Shown here piece by piece: positions 27,501 to 38,477 of a stretch of 64,000 bases of DNA; the first letter of the stretch is position 1, and every line of letters starts with the position of its first letter. Below the pieces are notes generated by a model that saw nothing but the letters and a program-made list of their open reading frames with translations, ran no database searches and had not been told where the DNA came from. This DNA is from Mustelus asterias. Taxonomy: Eukaryota. The translations under genes and the position numbers were made by a program. The stretch is taken from the NCBI RefSeq assembly GCF_964213995.1, contig NC_135804.1:68076001-68140000 (forward strand). The letters run 5' to 3'.

Positions 27501-30500
27501 CAAAAAAGGCCATTCGGCCCACGGAGTCAACACCGGTGCTTTGACCAAGTATCCCACCCAGGCTCTCGCCACTGCACTATCCATGTAATCCATACATTTA
27601 TCTGGGGTCAGCTATCCAATACCTAAAAAAATAACCTAAAAAAATAACCTAACCTGCATATCTTTGGACTGTGGGAGGAAACAGCAACGCCCGGCGGAAA
27701 CCCATGGAGTTTTGCAGAGAATGTGTAAACGCCACACAGAGATCACCCAAGATCGAAATTGAACCCTGGTCCCTCTAACAGTTAGGCTAACGACTGTACC
27801 ACTGTGCCACTGTGTCACACGGCTTTATCTATTCTACTTCAGTCATAATATAGTTAGATAGATAGAACATTACTTACTTAATATGGTTCCTGTCATTATT
27901 TTTCGTTGTCAATCAGGTGCTAAATTCCTGTTCAACTATCAAGTTATTTATATGAGTACTGCAGGTGCATTCATATTTCTACTGATGATCGCCATCACTG
28001 GAAGCTACTGTCACCGAAATAAAAAAGGTAAATAGGTCTTTATTCCAGAGTAACCTCAAGATCGTCAAATGTATGACATTGAATAATTTGAGTGAAAGCT
28101 AAAAAATATATGACATTCGATTTGTAAAATGCAGTCACGTTCATTTGTTAAGTCCAGTGCCTCGGGGAATTTATAAAGTATCCTCTATATTTTGCTTCGT
28201 GGTAACTTAATTGAATTATATTTGCCTCACTTTGAGATGCAGTTTAAACAAAATTGTTACCTGGAACAGTAGAAGTCAGGCACTATGAAGCAGTTATTGT
28301 TCTTGTCGTCTGAGTCCTAAACTGTCTTTGCAGTTTTGTTACCATTATAGACGCACCAAACGGGCGGTACGGTAGCACAGTGGCTAGCACTGCTGCTTCA
28401 CAGCGCCAGGGAGCTGGGTTCGATTCCTGGCTTGGGTCGCTAACTCTGTGAAGTTTGCGCGTTTTCCCAGTGTCTGCATGGAGTTTCCCCCGGGTGCTCT
28501 GGTTTCCTCCCATCATTCTGGAAGATGAGTTGGTTAGGCCGCATTGACCCGAACAGGCGCCGGACTGTGGTGCCTCGGGGAATTTTGCAGTAACTTCGTT
28601 GCAGTGTTAATGTCAGCGTTACTTGTGACTAATCAATGCAGTTTACATTATCATTTAATTAATATTTGACATATATTTGGAAAAGAAAATCATCGCTCGT
28701 CCCACTGTTTTAGTCGTTTATTGTTGGAGGATTGCGTTTCCAAATAATATTTTCATACAAATGCCCAAGTTTTTAATGGAATCAGCCAGATTGTCCTTCT
28801 TTAGAATGTTGCTGATCAATTGAAATTCATGGCGGAATAATATTTTAATTCCTTATCAGGACTGTGCCGATATGTGGATACTTCAGAACTTCGTGAACAG
28901 CAGGTAATTTCATATCATGTTTGCTCATGTATGTTAAATAAAATAATAAATGATACGCCATTGAATCATTGCACTTAAACTCCACGTTGATCAAATTAAT
29001 TTTACATTTCTTTTTCTACTCACAAACGTTCACAAATATATGTAACCCTTGTGAAAAGGCTGCCCAGTGGCACAGTGGTTAGCACTGCTGCTTCAGCGCC
29101 AGGGCCTCGGGTTTCATTCTTGGTTTGGGTCACCGTCTGCGCCGAGTCTGCCAGTTCTCCTCGCGTCTGCGTGGGTTTCCTCCGCGTATTCTAATTTCCT
29201 CCCACAGCCCAAAGGACGTGCTGGTTCGGTGCATTGGCAATGCTAAATTCTCCTTCAGTATATCCGAACAGGCGCCGTTCTTGTGGCGAATAGGGAATTT
29301 TCACAGTAACTTCATTGCCGTGTTAATGCAAGTCCACTGTGACACTAAATAAAATGAAGAAACCGAGGAAACGGTAGTGTTCTGAAGAAATACAACTCCA
29401 GTTCCGACGATAGTGTGTGTACTGTATTTTTCGGAAGTGTATGCGTAGATCATGAACAGCGGAGACCAGTTATTGAAAGTTGTGCAGTTTCTTCTGTTGA
29501 TGATTTTGCGAATATCAATGCATGAGTGGATGCTCGGAATGTGCCACATCAGATTGCAGGCCAGAAACTGCATTGTCTCAGCTCAATGTAAAGAAAGTCT
29601 TCACAGGGAGGTATCAGAAGTGATCGAAGCCACACTTCAGTCAGTTTCCAAAACAGTGGAAGTGAAATGCCCTGTAAATCAAACAGAATATATAAATATT
29701 CCGGTGCGTATTGTCACAAATTGTCAACATTCGACATCAACGTTTCAACTTTCCATCTAGTTTTTTATATAATTTGGAAACCAGTTTAAAAACGGATTTT
29801 ATCTGTTCGTCTGTTTATAGATAGAGCAGAGGATGAACTAATGTTTAAATTGCATTAGGTTCGAAGAGTTCCGCTGTCTTCGAATGAAAGAATCCCTACA
29901 GTGCAGAAAGAGGCCATTCGCCTCATCAAGCCTAGTACGACCATAATCCCATCCAGACGTTATCCCAGTAATCCCACTTAATTATCCCCCTAATCTCCCT
30001 AATACTGAGGGACAATTTACCATGGCCATTCCAGGTAACCTGCACATCTTTGGAATGTACAAGGAAACTGGAACAATCGGAAGGAACTGACACAGGCAAC
30101 GGAAAAATGTGCGAACTCCACATAGACAGTCACTCGCGGCTGGTTATAAACAGGAGAGTTAACCCGCTAGAGAAATGGACAGCGTTTGACAAAGCACGGT
30201 GATAAACATAGCATAAACGTGCGTCAAAAGCCTATCCTTCACGCTGTTCCATTAAGTGCGATCCTTCTACCAAATTTTATATCAGCTATCTTATCCTTTC
30301 TTTTCGGGAAATTATTCAATTTTATAATTATGCATAAAGTGACCGAAAACTTTGAAATTAACAGAATCAAACCGCTGGATTATAGCAGGTAATAGCTGAC
30401 CAAAGTGATTGACACTTTTCCAGAAGTTGCTGAATGAGTGGAAAGAGAAATGCGGTGGCTGGTAACTATATGGATTATCAAAACGCTTCTGATAATAAAA

Positions 30501-33500
30501 GGCATTAGCGACAATTGAACTAAAGTTAAATTTAATTACATAATTCCGACAATGCAGAAAGAGGCATTCCGCCCATCAGGTCGACACGAAAATCCGAATA
30601 GAAGGCATTATACAGGCGTTCACATTCACTAAGACTAAACCATCTAACCTACACATCTTGAGACACTCAGGGACAATTTGAGATGGTCACTCTACTTAAC
30701 ACACAGGATAGAACCGATAGCAGGAAACTGTAACACCCAGTGGAAACTCATGCAGACATGGGGAGAATGAATTTGATTTGATTTGATTTGTTATTGTCAC
30801 ATGTATTAGCATACAGTGAAAAGTATTGTTTCTTGTGCACTAAACAGACAGAGCATAGCATTCATAGAGAAGACAACGAGAAAGTGCAGAATGTCGAGTT
30901 ACAGTCATTGTTAGGGTGTAAAGAAAGATCAACTTAATGCAAGGTAGGACCATTCAAAAGTCTGATGGCAGCAGGGAAGAAACTGTTCTTGAGTCCGTTA
31001 GCATGTGACCTCAGACTTTTCTATCTTTTTCCCGATGGAAGAAGGTGGAAGAGAGAATGTCCGGGGTGCATGGTGCCCTTAATTATGCTGGCTGCTTTGT
31101 CGAGACAGCAGGAAGTGTAGACAGAGTCAATGGATGGGAGGCTGGTTTGCTTGATGGATTGGGTTACATTCACAACCTTTTGTATTTTCTTGTGGCCTTG
31201 GCCAGAGCAGGAGCCATAGCAAGCTGTGGAAGGTGGTGACAGTTGTAGCTGACATGCCAAATTTCCTTAGTCTTCCTTAATCTTCTGAGAAAGTGGAGGC
31301 GTTGCTGGGCTTCCTTTACTATTGCGTCGGCACGGGAGGAAGAGGACAGGTTGGTAGTGATCTGGACACCTGAAAATCTGAAGCTCTTGACCCTTTCTAC
31401 TTCGTCCACATTGATATCGACAACGACATATTCTCCTCTATGCTTTCTGAAGTTGATGACAATCGGTTTCGCTCTGTTGACATTGAGGGAGAGATTGTTG
31501 TCCCCGCACCAGTTCACCAGATTCTCCAGCTCATTCCTGTACTCTGTCTCGTCATTGTTTGAGATCTGAGCCACTCTGGTGGTGTCGTCAGCAAACTTGA
31601 AAATTGAGTTGGAGGGGAATTTGACCACACTGTCATAGGTAAATAAGACGTATAGTAGGGGGCTGAGAACACAGCCTTGGGGGGCACTGGTGTTGAGGGT
31701 GATCGTGGAGGAGATGTTGTTGTCTATCCTTAATGATTGTGTCTACGGGTTAGGAAGTTCAGGATCCAGCCACAGAGGGAGGAGCGGAGGCCCAGGCCAC
31801 GGAGTTTGGAGATGAATTTCATAGGAATAATGGTGTTGACGGCTGAGCTGTAGTCAATAAATAGGAGTCTAACATCGGTCTTTGTTATCTAGGTGTTCCA
31901 GGGTTGAGTGCAGGGCCAGGGGGATGGCTCTGCTGTGGACCTGTTGCGGCAGTAGGCAAACTGTAGTGGATCCAGGCAGTCTGGGAGGCTGGAATTGATT
32001 CGTGCCATGACTCGCGTTTGAAACACTTCATAATGATGGATGTCAGAGCCATTGAATGATAGTCATTGAGGAACACTGCATGGCTTTTCATTGGTTCCGG
32101 GATCATGCTCGTTTTCGTGAAGCAGATAGGGACCTAAGATTATTGAAAGGAGAGTTTGAAGATGTCTGCGAATATCCCTGCCAGCTGATCATGCAGGATC
32201 TGAGTGCTCATCTGGGTACCCCATCGGACCAGTCGCTTTCTGTGGGTTGACCTTCGAGAAAGCTGCTCTGACAGCGGCAATGGTGACCTCATGTACAGGT
32301 TCATCCAAGACTTCAAGGGTGGAGGGCACGCTCTCACTGATTTCTTGCTCAAAACAGGCATAGAATGCATTGAGCTCCTCAGGGAGCGGTGCGTAGGAGC
32401 CCTGATTTTATATGCCTTCATCTTACAGCCTGTTATGTCTTGCAAACGTTGCCATAGTCGGCGGGGGTCTGTGTGGCTGGCCTGGGACTCTAGCTTGATC
32501 TGGAACTGTCTTTTGGCATCATTGATGGATCTCCTTAGGTCGTTTATGGCTTTCTTGGTTAGGTCAGGCTCGCCTGACTTGAATGCCTCAGACCTAGAGC
32601 AAGCAGCCACACAAATGATCTGCCGAGGCTGGAATCGAACACGGCTCCTAGGCACTGTGAAGTAGCATTAAATGAAATTATTTACATGGCATGCACATTT
32701 GCACAATGGTAGTCGACAGATATGAACAATAATAGGTAAACACTCCGATTGCCCGGATATAACTGGTTTATTCTGGTAGGGCTATGTTGAGACTTTGAAA
32801 ATTCATGGGATTTATTCAAGACTTCATGAAATAGAACACCACACATTGAAATTTCTTGATGACACAAATATAGGACAGTACGAAGTCTCACAACACCAGG
32901 TTAAAGTCCAACAGGTTTATTTAGTATCACAAGCTTTTGGAACGCTGCTCTCTTTCACCAGTGGGGAGGAGTGTTCACAAAGGCGGCATATATAGACAGT
33001 GACTCAATTGCAAGATAATGGTTGGAATGCGAGACTTTGGAGGTAATCAAGTCTTTACAGGTACAGATAATGCGAATGGGGAGAGTGATTACAGATTAAA
33101 GAGGTGTGAGTTGTCTCAAGCCAGGACAGTTAATAGGATTTTGCAAGCTCAGGCCAAATGGTGGGGGTTACATGTAGTGTGACACGAACCCAAGATCCCG
33201 TTTGAGGCTGTCCTCATGCGTGTGGCACTTGGCTATCAGTTTCTGGCTCGGGGATTCTGCATTGTCGTGTGTCTCGTGTGCCACAAGGGATGAACGGACA
33301 CCATGCGAGAATCACCAGACAGGAATGTTCCCTTCCTGTCGTGGAACACTTCAGTAGCCAAAGACATTCAGTCTTCGATCTTCAGGTAAGCGTTCTCCAA
33401 GGCAGACTTCAAGACACATGATAACGCAGAATCGCCGAGCAGAAACTGATACCCCAGTTCACACACATGAAGACGGCTTCAACCGTCTATATGTCACACT

Positions 33501-34712
33501 CCATGTAACCCCACCATTTGGCCTGGGCTTGCGCAATTTGTGTATGGAGTTGTGTGTGTTTGTGTGGAGTTTGCACATTCTCTTCGTGTCTGCATGGGTT
33601 TCCTCCGGGTGCTCCGGTTTCCCCCCACAGTCCAAAAATGCGCGGGTTAGGTTGATTGGCTATGCTAAATTGCCCCTTAGTGTCCTGAGATGCGTAGGTT
33701 AGAGGGATTAGTGGCTAAAATATGTAGGGATATGGACGTAGGGCCTGGGTAGGATTGTGGTCCGTGCAGACTCGATGGGCCGAATGGCCTCTTTCTGTAC
33801 TGTAGGGATTCTATGAATAATCCTACCAACTGTCCTGGCTTGAGACAATTCACATCTCTTTAACCTGTGATTATCCCTCTCTCCACTCGCATTGTTTCTT
33901 CCTGCAAATACTAGGTTGTCTGTAAAGACTTGTATTCCAAGCATTCTCTTGCAATTGAGTCTCTGTCAATATATGCCGTCTTTGTGAACCCACCTCCCCA
34001 CTCACCTGATGAAGTGGAAGCGCTCCGAAAGCCCGTGATACCAAATAAACCTGTGTTGTGAGACTTCTTACTGTACCCAGCTCAGTCCAACGCCAGCATC
34101 TCCACATCCAAAACATAGGAGTTATTCTAAACCTGTTCAAGGAAAGAAGGAAAGGCTTGAAGAGCTGTGCTATTTCATCCGTTTGGAGAGATATTCTGGG
34201 GACACAGCGACATTGTCTAAAAAACATATAGCTACAAATTTCAGGAGTGGAATTAGGAACAAATTCTAGAGGGAGGGAAAAGTTCTAACCTTTGTGGGAT
34301 TGCTTACAAACACGCGAATTGGTTTTGTTCGAATTGTTCCCCGAAACAATGTATTAATAGATACGTGCCGCGCGTGTAAATTCAAGGGCGACAGAGTCAC
34401 GAGGCGCTAAATAATTCGCCCTGTTCCAATGTTCCCATGTATGTTATTTTCACTCTTTTTGAATGAACATTGATGCAATTTTGTTGGCAGATAAATAAAA
34501 TGATGAGCTAACAACATTCTCCATTGTTGACTTCACAGATGGAGCAACTCACCACTGATAACAAGCTGACCTATGCTTCTCTTGATCTGAGTGGCTTCAA
34601 GAAAACTCGGAAACCGAAATCCAATGAGGCAAATACAGAACATGCTCAGCTTAGTACAACGATGCCAAGCAGAGCAACAGAGGTTATCTACACAGATACC
34701 AGAATCGCATAA
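21502..34712 (+). CDS. Gene A: non-rearranging VJ-C1-TM-ITIM IgSF receptor (SIRP-like), join(21502..21556,21666..21986,23273..23581,27917..28027,28860..28903,34539..34712), 337 aa
   Basis: All introns are GT-AG with matching phases 1-1-1-1-0; 1014 nt open through the stop; exon organisation is mirrored in gene B. Confidence 0.88.
21666..21986 (+). CDS. Gene A exon 2, V-set Ig domain with fused J-like strand
   Basis: [13 protein letters not shown]...VYWWK...DAGVYYC...NGTGSTIKV; acceptor gatag, donor gtaggt. Confidence 0.95.
23273..23581 (+). CDS. Gene A exon 3, C1-set Ig domain
   Basis: VPPTP...[10 protein letters not shown]...WYKDG...NGLYKVSS...YTCQVSH; acceptor cttcgcag, donor gtaagg. Confidence 0.95.
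24045..24915 (+). mobile_element. CR1 LINE with a large internal deletion (intronic)
   Basis: VPLFKKG...NYRPVSLTS...[14 protein letters not shown] jumps at about 24645 to FKVRAARF...[13 protein letters not shown]; (ttcttt)n tail. Confidence 0.9.
25345..25765 (-). mobile_element. CR1 LINE 3' fragment
   Basis: ORF 25406-25738(-) [15 protein letters not shown]...[13 protein letters not shown]. Confidence 0.9.
27080..27820 (-). mobile_element. Two HE1-type SINE copies (about 27080-27365 and 27480-27820)
   Basis: Reverse-complement V-SINE core tgtgggaggaaac...cccac and tRNA-like head gctgtgaggcagcag...aaccactgtgcc. Confidence 0.8.
27917..28027 (+). CDS. Gene A exon 4, transmembrane segment
   Basis: [37 protein letters not shown]; 111 nt, phase 1-1, same length as the gene B TM exon; no charged residue in the TM. 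Confidence 0.85.
28360..28640 (+). mobile_element. HE1-type SINE
   Basis: gggcggtacggtagcacagtggctagcactgctgcttcacagcgccaggga...gggttcgattcc (A/B boxes) plus V core. Confidence 0.88.
28860..28903 (+). CDS. Gene A exon 5, 44-nt cytoplasmic exon [15 protein letters not shown]
   Basis: ccttatcag acceptor, cagcag|gtaatt donor; same size and QQ ending as gene B exon 56864-56907. Confidence 0.85.
29060..29355 (+). mobile_element. HE1-type SINE
   Basis: gtggcacagtggttagcactgctgcttca head, V core and gtgacactaaataaa tail. Confidence 0.82.
29880..30770 (-). mobile_element. Two diverged HE1 SINE copies (about 29880-30140 and 30550-30770)
   Basis: cagtgcagaaagaggccattcg tails and aacctgcacatctttg core on the reverse strand. 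Confidence 0.65.
30771..32595 (-). mobile_element. Rex-Babar LINE, long 3' portion, decayed
   Basis: Minus-strand ORFs with [35 protein letters not shown] and LLPSGKR. Confidence 0.9.
32872..34110. mobile_element. Penelope-like element with inverted 3' segments, HE1 SINE inserted at about 33540-33815
   Basis: 32872-33280 is the reverse complement of the + strand 3' portion; + strand MNGH...VEHF...LQG...AEQKLI (GIY-YIG C-terminus); pLTR ctcacctgatgaag...ccgaaag. Confidence 0.85.
34539..34712 (+). CDS. Gene A exon 6, ITIM-bearing cytoplasmic tail
   Basis: [38 protein letters not shown]...VIYTDTRIA*; phase-0 acceptor cttcacag. Confidence 0.88.
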   Translation: MEQLTTDNKLTYASLDLSGFKKTRKPKSNEANTEHAQLSTTMPSRATEVIYTDTRIA

Positions 34713-35579
34713 CATTGATTCGTCGTGTGGCAACCAATTTAATGTTCCTCTTCATGTCATTTCTCTCTTAAGCATGATGTGTTTACACAGGTTTTCTAAA
34801 AGTTTTAATGCAGTTGAATTATTTGCCACTTCTGGAAGCATCACAGTCATATGATACCGATTGCAATTGCAATGAACAGTGCATTTTGGTTTCTAGAAGT
34901 ATTTGTTCATAAAGAAAAATTACCTCTATTCAATTCTGGAGAACACAATCTGTAGCTGTAAAAATGATGACTTGAAAAGTCGCTGAAGACGCTTTTTTAA
35001 TTTCAGTTCTGGCCGCTTATCAACATTTACAAATAATGCTTCCCTTGGAACGATCTTCGTTTCTTTTTTTCGCTGCTCTGCGTCCTTGTTTATTCTACGG
35101 GAAGAGCCCTTATTCCCTCATTTCAAACTGAGTTATTTACGATTGCTATTGCGTTTTACTGATCTGCTCATGGTTTTGATGATGCAATATATTTCGGAAG
35201 GTGCTGAGTTATCAACATGAAGCTGTTACATTCACGCACAGAGCACTTTCGAAAATTGTGCAATTTGCTTTTGAGACAAGGTAAATGTAAGGAAGCCTTT
35301 ATCAGAAGCAGAAGTGAAAAAAACAAATGAACCGATCATCACGCAATTCTGTCCGTCAATAATTCTATATTTTCGGCGATAATTCATTGTCGTGAATGTT
35401 AACTGAAACTTATTCTAAACCAGACCAAAGAAACTATTGATAATATTAGAGAAGAGATAGAATAGTGTGATGCGCAGTAAGAAAAACAGATTATGTTAAT
35501 TGTTCCTGGACGCAGATTGTCAACAGGAACGCACATTTTACAATTTCATCAAGTATGGCAGGTGAGAACCTATGACAGG

Positions 35580-37240
35580 TGAGAATCTAGAAACTATCAT
35601 TATCACGAAAGACGTAGTGTTGGGCAAGTAAATGGTGCTAAAGCTGGACAAGTCTCCTGGTCCTGATGGAATGCATCCCAGGGTGCTAAAAGAGATGGCG
35701 GGAGAAATAGCAATTGCACCAGTGGTAATTTACCAAAATTCGCTGGACTCTGAGGTGGTTCCCACAGATTGGAAAACAGCAAATGTGACACCACTGTTTA
35801 AAAAAAGGAGGTAGACAAAAGCAGGTAACTATAGGCCGGTTAACTTAACTTCTGTAGTAGGGAAAATGCTTGAACTATCATCAAGGAGGAAATAGCCAGA
35901 CATCTGAATATAAATTGTCCCATTGGTAAGACGCAGCATGGGTTCATGAAGGAAAGGTCATGTTTGACTAATTTGGTGGAATTCTTTGATAACATTACAT
36001 GTTCAGTGGACAATGGAGTACCTGTGGATGTGTGGAATCTGGATTTCCAGAAGGCATTTGACAAGGTGCCGCACCAAAGACTGCTACGTAAGATAAAGGT
36101 GCATGGTGTTACAGGTAATGTATTAGCATGGATAGAGGATTGGTTAACTGACAGAAGGCAAAGACTGGGGGCAAATGGGTGTTTTTCTGGTTGGCGATCA
36201 ATGACTAGTGGTGTGCCGCAGGGATCAGTGTTGGGACCACAATTGTTTATGATTTACAGAGATGATTTGGAGTTGGGGACCAAGTATAGTGTGTCAAAAT
36301 TCGCAGATGACACTAAGATGGGTGAAGGGCAAAGTGTGCAGAGGGCGCTGAAAGTCTGCGAAGGAATATATTTAGTCTAAGTGAGTGGGCGAGGGTCTGG
36401 CAGATGGAGTACAATGTTGGTGAATGTGAGGTCATCTATTTTGTAGGAATAACAGCAAAATGGACTATTATTTAAATGGTAAAAAAATGCAGCATGCTGC
36501 TGTGCAGAAGGACCTGGGTGTCCTTGTACAGGGATCTCGAGAAATTGGTTTGCAGGTGCAGCAGGTAATTAAGAAGGCAAATTGAATTTTGTCCTTCATT
36601 GATAGACGGATGGAGTTTAAAAACAGCGAGGTTATGTTGCAGCTGGAAAAGGTCCTGGTGAGGCCACACCTGGAGTACTGTGTACAGTTCTGGTCTCCTT
36701 ACTTGAAAAAGGATATACTGGCACTGGAACGAGTGCAGAGGAGATTCACTAGGTTGATTCCGGAGTTGAGAGGGTTGGCTTATGAGAAGAGACTGAGTAT
36801 ACTGGGGCTATCCTCATTTAAATTCAGAAGAATGAGGGGAGATCTCATAGAAACATAAGATTATGAAGGGAATAGATAAGATAGAAGCAGGGAAATTGTT
36901 TCTACTGGCGGGTAAAACTAGAGCTTGGGGCCATAGCCTCAAAATAAGGGAAAGCAAATTTAGGACTGAGTTGAGGAGGATCTTCTTCACACAAAGGGTT
37001 GTGAATCTGTAGAATTCCCTGCTCAGTGAAGCAGTTGAGGCTACCTCATTGAATGTTTTTATGGCAAGGATAGATAAATGTTTGAACAGTAAAGGAATTA
37101 AGGGTTATGGTGAGCGGGCGGGTAAGTGGAGCTGAGTCCACAAAAAGATCAGCCATGATCTTATTGCATGGCGGAGCAGGCTTGAGGGGCCAGATGGCCT
37201 ACTCCTGCTCCTAGATCTTATGTTCTTACGTTCTTATGTA
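35580..37240 (+). mobile_element. CR1 LINE RT region plus 3' UTR, frameshifted
   Basis: [44 protein letters not shown]; tail (tcttatg)n. Confidence 0.95.
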
Positions 37241-38264
37241 AGTATTGTCACATTCAATGTGTATATATATCTCGGAAAATTGGTTACCATTCCGATCAGT
37301 CTTTATATCCAAAATCAGATTTTATTAAATGGATTATCTATGTAGTCGACCTCTTGAATGCAATTGAAAGAGCAGTTATTGAATAGCATTCCATTCTCTC
37401 AAGTAATGTACTGTGGCACGGCAGTATATTAATATGCAATACTAATATGCTCTTATAATATGTCGCAATTCCAACATTGATTGAATATGTAAATAATCGC
37501 ATGTTTGCTCACCAAGCTTCAGAAGATCATCATCGCAATTCTATTATTTGCAACTACTGACAGGATGTAACCACATCATTTGCCTACTAGTCTATTCAGG
37601 TTTAAAAATTAAAACGTTGTAGGTATATTTAAGCCTAATAGATTTAGAAAATAAAAAACAACGATAATCTTCTATTCTAAAATCAAGCTTTATATCCAGC
37701 TAGAATAAAGAAATACATTATTTGTGCCTAAATTAAAGCCTCTTCGATATTTGACACATATCTCTCGCCATATTTGCCTTTTTCTTAATTAAATTGCCTC
37801 GGACATTTGGGTTTACAGTAACGTTTGTGTTTTTTTTTACTCTGGTAGCTGTGTCAGCACTTTTAATGTCAATCCGCTGAAGTAAATAACTGTGTGTATA
37901 CGATACACAGAACGGGAAAAAAAAACCGTTAGCACAATGCAAAGTGCTCGTAGCATTCTTACCGAAATAAACATGCAGCAAAGCATTCTTCATTGAACTC
38001 GTTATTTTATTTATCCACTGTTCCATGGGAAACTGTTTATTTCCAAAAGTCTCTGCCCAAATTATGTAACATCCCTTCTGTGGACTTGGACAGCCTTGCA
38101 CAGACACATTAACGTGTAAGATCAATGCCAAGATCAACATGAAAATTATTGCAATCCCTTGTGGGATTGATGTTTCCACAGCACCCAGCCATTCTAATAG
38201 CCATGCACCCATGGTAAACAATGACGGTTGTTTAAGTTTCTGCGCCTCTGTCCTGCTGTGAGCA

Positions 38265-38477
38265 CAGTAAGTACTTTAAGAACACCAGGTTAAAGTCCAA
38301 CAGGCTTATTTGGTAGCAAAAGCCACACAAGCTTTCGGAGCTCCAAGCCCCTTCTTCAGGTGAGAAGGGGCTTGGAGCTCCGAAAGCTTGTGTGGCTTTT
38401 GCTACCAAATAAACCTGTTGGACTTTAACTTAGTGTTGTTAAACTTCTTACTGTTTACCCAAGTCCAACGCCGGCAT
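38265..38477. mobile_element. Palindromic Penelope pLTR insertion with a 12-bp target-site duplication
   Basis: About 91-nt inverted arms (38265-38355 and 38363-38453); ctgctgtgagca at 38253-38264 and 38478-38489. Confidence 0.9.
38323..38364 (-). ncRNA. Minimal hammerhead-ribozyme motif (Penelope pLTR type)
   Basis: Minus strand CAC-CUGAAGA-A-GGGGC uugga GCUCC-GAAAG-CUU-GUG. Confidence 0.65.

Noticed and set aside
28360-28440. tRNA gene
   Set aside because: The A/B boxes belong to the tRNA-derived head of an HE1 SINE and continue into the SINE core
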